A stretch of DNA of 64,000 nt from an uncultured Bacillota bacterium (GTDB lineage: Bacteria > Bacillota_I > Bacilli_A > RFN20 > CAG-826): positions 791,561 to 855,560 of the forward strand of contig OX437086.1 of the NCBI GenBank assembly GCA_949299565.1, written 5' to 3'. Made by a program: the position numbers and the translations under genes. The stretch's first letter is position 1; each line of letters starts with the position of its first letter. The notes below the pieces were generated by a model. That model was given only the letters and a program-made list of their open reading frames with translations. It made no database searches and was not told the DNA's origin. Below, in pieces: positions 58,371-64,000 of this stretch.

Positions 58371-60077
58371 TTACTTTAAATTATTAACTTTATCAATAAT
58401 AAACTCTTTTACTTCGTCAAGAGTTAACTCCACTTTAGAATTATCATTACGATTTTTAAGTTCAACAATATTTTCTGAAGCTCTTCTGCCTACAATAGCA
58501 ATATAAGGTATACCTATAAGTTCCCAATCTTTCATTTTGAAACCAATTTTCATCTTTCGATCATCTAAAACAGTTTCAACTTTAAAATTAAGCATTTCGT
58601 ATAACTTGTCACTTACTCTATGTTGTTCTTCATCATCATAGTTAACAGGAACGATGACAATATGGTATGGAGCAGTTTCTAAAGGGAAAACGATTCCATA
58701 TTCATCATGATGTTGTTCAATAATAGCTTGGAAAGTTCTAGTTATCCCAATTCCATAGCACCCCATTACCATCGGCAAGGTCTTTCCTTGTTCATTAAGA
58801 AATGTGCAGTTCATTGGTAAAGAATATTTAGTACCTAATTTAAATACTTGTCCAACTTCAATCCCACGTTCACTTTTTAATGGCTTCCCGCATATTGGAC
58901 AAAGATCGCCTTCCTTAGCTTTTTTATAATCACCAATAGTTCCATCAAAATCTTTTTTGTAATTAACATTAACTAGGTGATAGTCTTTTTTATTGGCTCC
59001 AACAACAAAATTCGACATTTTTGTCACTTCTTCATCAATAAAAATTTGGCATTTAGAGAAGTTAACAGGACCGATAAATCCAGCTATAGAACATAGAGCA
59101 GATATTTCTTCATCACTAGCCAAACGAATAAATACTTCAGAAGAATTCAATGCATTAGCAACTTTGATTTCGTTAACTTCGTAATCTCCTCTAACGATAA
59201 ACATGCCGTATTGCTTACTATCTTCTGCGTAATAAATCATGCTTTTTGCAATCTTATAAAGAGGTAAATTTAGAAATTCGCTTATTTCTTCAATCGAATG
59301 TTTATTGACGGTTAAGACTTCTTCTCTATCTTTTAATTCTTCCTTTTCTAAAGTTGGGGCGTGAGAATAAGCTTTTTCTTCATCTGCAGCATATGAACAA
59401 TTTTCGCAATAAATAATATTGGATTCTCCAATATCGCTTAATGCCATAAATTGGTGAGAAGCATTGCCGCCAATAGCGCCGGTATCAGCAAGAACTACTT
59501 TAAAATTCAAACTCAATCGAGTAAAAATTCTAGAATAAGTTTCATACATGATTTTATACGACTCATCTAATCCTTTTTCATCCACATCAAAAGAATAAGC
59601 ATCTTTCATGATGAATTCTCTGCCTCTCATAAGACCAAATCTAGGTCTCATCTCATCACGATACTTAGTTTGGATTTGATAGATATTTAATGGTAATTGT
59701 TTATAAGATTTAACTGTATTTCTAATTAAATCAGTAAATATTTCTTCATGAGTAGGACCTAAACAATAATCACGATTATGACGATCCTTAAATCTGAATA
59801 ATTCTGGGCCATATTTATTCCATCTTCCTGATTCCTCCCATAATTCTTTTGGTTGCATTGCAGAAGATAAAATTTCTAAGGCTCCGGAGCGGTCCATTTC
59901 TTCTTTTATAATCTTTTCTACTTTACGCAAAGAACGGAGACCTAAAGGCAAATAATTATAGACTCCGGAAACTAATTTTCTAATTAGTCCTGCTCGTAAC
60001 ATCAAAATATGAGAGTCAATAATTGCTTCCTGCGGTGCTTCTTTTAACGTTGGTATAATCATCCTACTAGCTTTCAT
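58371..60077 (-). CDS. proS: Prolyl-tRNA synthetase (bacterial type with INS editing domain)
   Basis: 568 aa: RAGLIRK..SG.Y.YLPLG, GPTHEE, QIQTKYRDE.RPRFGL.RGREF.MKDAYSF, GCYGIG..R. Its composition is much more AT-rich than thrS or tyrS. Confidence 0.92.
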   Translation of the reverse strand: MKASRMIIPTLKEAPQEAIIDSHILMLRAGLIRKLVSGVYNYLPLGLRSLRKVEKIIKEEMDRSGALEILSSAMQPKELWEESGRWNKYGPELFRFKDRHNRDYCLGPTHEEIFTDLIRNTVKSYKQLPLNIYQIQTKYRDEMRPRFGLMRGREFIMKDAYSFDVDEKGLDESYKIMYETYSRIFTRLSLNFKVVLADTGAIGGNASHQFMALSDIGESNIIYCENCSYAADEEKAYSHAPTLEKEELKDREEVLTVNKHSIEEISEFLNLPLYKIAKSMIYYAEDSKQYGMFIVRGDYEVNEIKVANALNSSEVFIRLASDEEISALCSIAGFIGPVNFSKCQIFIDEEVTKMSNFVVGANKKDYHLVNVNYKKDFDGTIGDYKKAKEGDLCPICGKPLKSERGIEVGQVFKLGTKYSLPMNCTFLNEQGKTLPMVMGCYGIGITRTFQAIIEQHHDEYGIVFPLETAPYHIVIVPVNYDDEEQHRVSDKLYEMLNFKVETVLDDRKMKIGFKMKDWELIGIPYIAIVGRRASENIVELKNRNDNSKVELTLDEVKEFIIDKVNNLK

Positions 60078-60281
60078 AGGTATTTTTCTTTTCCTAATAA
60101 TGATAGATAAACCAAAGCAAAAATAAAGATTTAGGCATTTTTAAAATGTATTAAATTGTGTTTAAACGACCGCTTAAAATTCATTTATAGTTAATTAACA
60201 TAAAGAATATTTATTATTTTTCTTTAACTCTAGTACTTCCCAATAACCTTTTTATTAGAACCAACTCGTTTGATTAGCTCA

Positions 60282-60940
60282 TTAGTTTTTAATTTGATGA
60301 TAATCATTTTGAACATTGGTTTTACCTACACCAGATTTTAAAACTAATTCAGATTGTGACAAATGTGGGTTCAAGATAATATCTACCAATCTATAATCAG
60401 CATGACATAAAGCATTTAAAATAGCCTCTCTAAGACTTTTGTCAGGATAAGATTTTGTGTCTTGCCTTATTCCACCTATTTCTGGAATAACAGCTGATGT
60501 AACATGAAACATCTCTGCTCGATTTAATACATCAGTTGTAATTTTAATAATTGAGCCCGAAAATTCCTTTTTATATTTAAAATTAAGAACATTGTCATAG
60601 CAAGCCATTTTTACAACAAAAGGATTTTCATCACTCAATAACAATGCTAAATTTGTATAAAAAGTATAACTATTTTTGATTCCAATTGGAAAATATTTAT
60701 CTTCATTAAATTCTTGATTCTTTTCGTGAAAGTACAACTTAGCATACGAAAAATGAAGTTCTTGATTTGATGAGATTTCATCCTCCCAATTCATTTGAGA
60801 ATAATCTCTTATCATGGATAAAATTTCGCCATCTGTAGCACATCTTTTACTTCTACCTACCTAATATAAGTTCCATTAGATCTAGGACCAGTGCTAGAGA
60901 GATAATAAGGCTTTCTATCTACTAGCATAAAGCAATTTAT
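60282..60940 (-). pseudogene. Decayed AlbA_2 / HATPase_c_4-type (Schlafen-like ATPase, 'RecG-like' transcriptional regulator) gene
   Basis: The ORF has REAILNALCHADYR (family motif) but lacks flanking segments. Upstream, MLVDRKPYYLSSTGPRSNGTYIR* in another frame joins VGRSKRCATDGEILSMIR..., the end of an AlbA_2 domain broken by a 1-nt frameshift and a stop codon. Confidence 0.5.
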
Positions 60941-61080
60941 AAAAAATGCTCGACTCCTCGGACAATTATAATGATTTTTGACACCCTGTATTCAAATAAA
61001 GCTAAACAATTTAAAATTGAAGTTGACGGTTAAAATTTTCCACAATCCACCGCAGGGAATAATTAAACCATAAAAACAAA

Positions 61081-61104
61081 AACCCAGGCATGAAGGCTTG
61101 GGTT
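61081..61104. terminator. Orphan hairpin with flanking A/T runs (terminator-like, better on the minus strand)
   Basis: aacccaggc-atgaag-gcttgggtt. The minus strand reads ...cctgggTTTTTGTTTTT. No intact gene ends here. Confidence 0.3.
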
Positions 61105-61203
61105 TTAAACTAATCTAGTGTAAAACTTTTACTTATACAGAATTCCTATGTCTTATTGCCAAAAAACATTGATTTTGTTCAATTCATCCAATACATTAAA
61201 AGC

Positions 61204-61593
61204 ATGAACAACTTGTTTAGAAGCAAATTTAATCCTATTGGGATGATTTTAGATATCTTTGCTGCGAACGGTAAAAGAAGGATATTTTATTCTATTCAAA
61301 CACTTGTCATGCTCGCAATTTCCGTTTTGACAATTTATGGTCTTAAAGTTCTTTTCACTTATACAATCGATGAAAATTTTATACTCTTCATCGTCGGTGC
61401 TATTTTCGCTGTCATAACATTAATTGTCATCACTTTACCCATCTTTATCGCTTCCATCATGCTTTTTATCGCTAGTTTGATAGGCGCTATTAAAAGTGAT
61501 GAGCGTGGAATGAATGCAATTTGCCTTGTCATCACAATTATCGCTATTGTCTTAACAATAGTCTTTACATCTTTGCTTTTAACATCATTTTAA
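61204..61593 (+). CDS. Small polytopic membrane protein, unknown function
   Basis: About 129 aa from ATG 61204, with three or four hydrophobic helices, in the AT-rich block. Confidence 0.4.
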   Translation: MNNLFRSKFNPIGMILDIFAANGKRRIFYSIQTLVMLAISVLTIYGLKVLFTYTIDENFILFIVGAIFAVITLIVITLPIFIASIMLFIASLIGAIKSDERGMNAICLVITIIAIVLTIVFTSLLLTSF

Positions 61594-61794
61594 ATATTGA
61601 TTAATTTTCGAATATTTTAGACTCATTATTATCAACTTTAAAAAGTACTTTAAACTATGAATCAAAAATGAGGTGTCAGTTTTAATGCTGTTCGTTTCAT
61701 TTTTTTCTAGCGTATTGGAATCATGATACAGATGAACCATTCTTTTTTTCAATGATTGATTGTACAATTGCTTGACTGAAAAAAATGTCTTATA

Positions 61795-61823
61795 AATAAA
61801 AATGCCTATTTTCAATAGGCATA
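61795..61823 (-). terminator. Intrinsic terminator after tRNA-Pro
   Basis: atgcctatt-ttca-aataggcat, with a U-run on the minus strand. Confidence 0.6.
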
Positions 61824-61834
61824 TTCTTATTAGC

Positions 61835-61912
61835 TGGTCGGGATGGCGAGATTCGAACTCGCGATCTTCTGCTCCCAAAGCAGACGCGGTAACCAAGCTG
61901 CGCTACATCCCG
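61835..61912 (-). tRNA. tRNA-Pro (anticodon UGG), CCA encoded
   Basis: Hand-folded cloverleaf: CGGGATG acceptor, anticodon stem TCTGC/GCAGA with loop TTTGGGA, T-arm GCGAG-TTCGAAT-CTCGC, 3' ACCA. Confidence 0.9.
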
Positions 61913-61916
61913 TTGA

Positions 61917-61993
61917 TGGCGCGCCAGACAAGATTCGAACTCGTGACCCACAGATTCGTAGTCTGTTACTCTATCCAGCTGAGCTACTGGCGC
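61917..61993 (-). tRNA. tRNA-Arg (anticodon ACG), CCA encoded
   Basis: GCGCCAG acceptor, D-arm GCTC-AGCTGGATA-GAGT, anticodon loop CTACGAA, T-arm ACGAG-TTCGAAT-CTTGT. Confidence 0.9.
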
Positions 61994-62021
61994 ACCCTTT
62001 TTGCCGCAACCGGCTCTACGT

Positions 62022-62050
62022 AATATAGAGCAAGTCGCGACAGTTCGCAA
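62022..62050 (-). promoter_or_regulatory. Candidate promoter of the tRNA-Arg/tRNA-Pro unit
   Basis: Minus strand: TTGCGA, 17 nt spacer, TATATT, about 29 nt upstream of the tRNA-Arg 5' end. Confidence 0.4.
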
Positions 62051-62083
62051 TAAAAGTTTCTCTTTTTCCTCTTATTTTTGCTT

Positions 62084-62305
62084 CTAGAGGCTTTCAAGCA
62101 GAGGCAAAGTGCCCATATCCATGTAGGCACTATCGATTCTCAAGAAAGTCACTATTCATCTTTGTTCCGTGATGACGAAGACTTGCCCATCATCACTTAA
62201 ATAACTTTCGAGAGTCAAATTATTGATGAACCATTCTCGATAACGAGACACTCATTCATCGCTAAAGTTGTCGTAAATGGTGAAAATTCAATACTGAATA
62301 TTCAT
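62084..62305 (-). pseudogene. 73-codon frame interrupted only by three in-frame TGA codons (decayed gene or code-4-derived relic)
   Basis: My translation: MNIQY*IFTIYDNFSDE*VSRYREWFINNLTLESYLSDDGQVFVITEQR*IVTFLRIDSAYMDMGTLPLLESL, ending in TAG. The TGAs are at 62290-62288, 62254-62252 and 62158-62156. There is no TAA or TAG within the frame. Confidence 0.25.
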
Positions 62306-62390
62306 ATTTCAAGCGTCAAATTATCTAATTGCTATTATGAAATAAACCTCTATCTTAAGGGTTTTAAATTATTCAGATGTTTATATAAAT

Positions 62391-62412
62391 AAAAATGCCG
62401 ATATAATCGGCA
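62391..62412 (-). terminator. Intrinsic terminator after tRNA-Cys
   Basis: tgccgat-ata-atcggca, with a U-run on the minus strand. Confidence 0.5.
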
Positions 62413-62423
62413 CTTTTCGCTTT

Positions 62424-62497
62424 TGGAGCATCCGAGCGGATTCGAACCGCTGGTGGGTGAGTTGCAGTCACGTGCCTTACCACTTGGCTACGGATGC
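62424..62497 (-). tRNA. tRNA-Cys (anticodon GCA), CCA encoded
   Basis: GCATCCG acceptor, anticodon loop CTGCAAC, T-arm AGCGG-TTCGAAT-CCGCT, A13-A22-type D-stem mismatch. Confidence 0.9.
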
Positions 62498-62545
62498 GCG
62501 AAGGTGATTTTAGCACCTTTTAGAAGAGCTTCATAGAGGAATTGC

Positions 62546-63745
62546 TCAAACAACTTTCTCCAAGCGCAAACTTGCGGAAAGAAAAATCCCGTTTTCGCAT
62601 TCAACAAGCGGCGAACTGCTAACTAAGGGTCTCAAATATTCGCGGAATTCATCGCTTAAGCGCTCTTCAGAAACGATCCATTCCTTCGGGAAGGCCTTTT
62701 CTCTATTTGCCACTTCTTTGACCGGCACTAAGAAAATCTCCGATTTATAGGCATCTGAAGGCAATCTTCTGAGGGCAACCATCACTCCGCTTTCATTAGA
62801 CAATGCGGCTAAAACAGCTTTCTTGCCGCAAGCAATCGCTTCTTCTTTATCGATTTCGCTGGCTAATAACGGGTCAGCGCGCTGCGCTAATGACAAATCC
62901 ATGGCCCGCGTTCCATACCCTAAACGTTCTTTAATCAATTCAGCAAGAGTGATTGAAACGCCTTCTAAAGATGCATGACCAAAAGAATCTAAAACACCGC
63001 AGTTTTTATGTTGAACATCAATGCCTTCTGAACATGCTAAAACGCAATATCCCTTCTTCTCATAAATTTCTTTGACTTTCTTCAAGAAACGTTCCTCATC
63101 AAAGCCCATCTCCGGAAGATAAATTAAATCGGGGCGGGAATCCTCTGGAAGCAAATCAACGGAAGCCGTCAACCAGCCAGCGTTGCGACCCATAATCTCG
63201 ACGATTATGACTTTCCCGCGCGTATAAGCTTTCGCGTCGATTACGACCATCTTTAAAAAATTGATGACATGTCGAGCTGCGCTCGGATAACCTAAAGAAT
63301 GATCGGTAAGAACTAAATCGTTGTCGATTGTTTTCGGGACGCCGATGACTTTAACATCCATTTTCTTATCGACAAAAAATTCATGAAGGCGATGGCATGT
63401 ATCCATTGAATCATTTCCACCATTAACTAAAACATAGCCAATATTATGTTTTTGAATCGTTTTGATAATCTCTTTGAAAAGCGGATCATCAATACTAGGC
63501 AACTTCTTGCGCGATGATAGAAGAGCTGCTCCAGGCGTTTGTTTGAGAAGTTCTAAGTCCTCAAGATCTTCCTTGCGCAAGTCGACGAGATTGTCATTGA
63601 TGAGCCCTTCAACGCCGTGTAATGAACCATAAAGGCCATCAATCTCATCGTTATGCTTGAGAGCCTCAGCAATAACTCCATACATTGAACAGTTGATAAC
63701 CGTTGTCGGACCGCCCGACTGAAAATAGACCAAAGATTTTTTCAT
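62546..63745 (-). CDS. Second phosphofructokinase-family paralog (PfkA superfamily; possibly PPi-dependent)
   Basis: SGGPTTVINCS, VNGGNDSMDT, GVPKTIDNDL, MGRNAGWL. It has Lys where pfkA has Gly in the P(G/K)TIDND motif. Confidence 0.8.
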   Translation of the reverse strand: MKKSLVYFQSGGPTTVINCSMYGVIAEALKHNDEIDGLYGSLHGVEGLINDNLVDLRKEDLEDLELLKQTPGAALLSSRKKLPSIDDPLFKEIIKTIQKHNIGYVLVNGGNDSMDTCHRLHEFFVDKKMDVKVIGVPKTIDNDLVLTDHSLGYPSAARHVINFLKMVVIDAKAYTRGKVIIVEIMGRNAGWLTASVDLLPEDSRPDLIYLPEMGFDEERFLKKVKEIYEKKGYCVLACSEGIDVQHKNCGVLDSFGHASLEGVSITLAELIKERLGYGTRAMDLSLAQRADPLLASEIDKEEAIACGKKAVLAALSNESGVMVALRRLPSDAYKSEIFLVPVKEVANREKAFPKEWIVSEERLSDEFREYLRPLVSSSPLVECENGIFLSASLRLEKVV

Positions 63746-63791
63746 TGTATCTATAGTCTAACGGAGGCGCAGAAAAAAGGCGAAGGATTTA

Positions 63792-63992
63792 TTATGCTTC
63801 TTTAAGAGCGTCGCGTCTTTTCTTCCGCAACTTCTTCGCATGATGCTTGCCGATATATAACCCAGCAAAAACCGCAACGAAAGCAGCGATTTCAAGAACA
63901 AGAACGACAATTACCCACGTATCTAAAGAATCGGCTTTAATCGCTTCCCACATTCTGAGGACGTAGTCGTTATTATCGCCATAATCCTCCAT
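63792..63992 (-). CDS. Small single-TM protein with a basic C-terminus
   Basis: 66 aa with one hydrophobic helix. No motif recognised. Confidence 0.35.
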   Translation of the reverse strand: MEDYGDNNDYVLRMWEAIKADSLDTWVIVVLVLEIAAFVAVFAGLYIGKHHAKKLRKKRRDALKEA

Positions 63993-64000
63993 GACCGCTA

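Noticed and set aside
60816-61155. Possible small ORFs, a promoter-like TTGACA, or an att site in the debris between the AlbA_2 remnant and the 61204 membrane ORF.
   Set aside because: Only frames of 11 aa or fewer are present. I could find no match to the tRNA-Pro 3' end and no inverted terminal repeats. The region is best described as decayed non-coding sequence.
61585-62050. Track ORFs 61585..61896, 61790..62050, 61802..62023 and 61843..62028.
   Set aside because: They overlap the hand-folded tRNA-Pro and tRNA-Arg genes and their terminator and promoter. They are open frames through structured RNA genes, not CDSs.

Overview
This is a chromosomal segment from a low-GC Bacillota (Firmicutes) genome that looks streamlined: genes are densely packed and many overlap. 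TGA acts as a stop codon, since all the long conserved genes are uninterrupted and encode Trp with TGG. Gene neighbourhoods resemble Bacilli: pheS; polA-mutM-coaE; dnaB-like/dnaI; thrS; infC-rpmI-rplT; ezrA-iscS-thiI; rpsD; tyrS; groES-groEL. Most of the window is housekeeping. It covers translation (pheS, thrS, tyrS, proS, infC, rpmI, rplT, rpsD, three tRNAs), replication and repair (dnaE, polA, fpg, ogt, dnaI, DnaD-domain protein), glycolysis and glycogen (pfkA-pyk-glk, a second PFK paralog, glgP, glgB, GH13 glucosidase, ackA, mgsA), chaperonins, KtrAB, and an ABC exporter pair. I recognise these RNA and regulatory elements: a T-box leader before thrS, an L20-type leader/attenuator before infC (which appears to start at ATC), a CIRCE operator before groES, several intrinsic terminators, and tRNA-Pro(UGG), tRNA-Arg(ACG) and tRNA-Cys(GCA). 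I found no CRISPR array, integrase, transposase or recognisable defence or biosynthetic cluster. Points worth a second look: (1) a very AT-rich block at about 57.3-62.4 kb next to the tRNA genes, carrying proS, decayed mobile/defence-type gene remnants and small ORFs; (2) an otherwise open 73-codon frame between tRNA-Cys and tRNA-Arg broken only by three in-frame TGA codons; (3) two apparent gene fusions, Fpg-CoaE and an ECF-S-like membrane domain with a SAM methyltransferase; (4) an unusually high number of frameshift-disrupted reading frames (ECF S component, msmX-like ATPase, a four-ORF chain at 52.8-54.7 kb, an AlbA_2-type remnant). All functional calls rest on motif recognition by eye. 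No database search was run.
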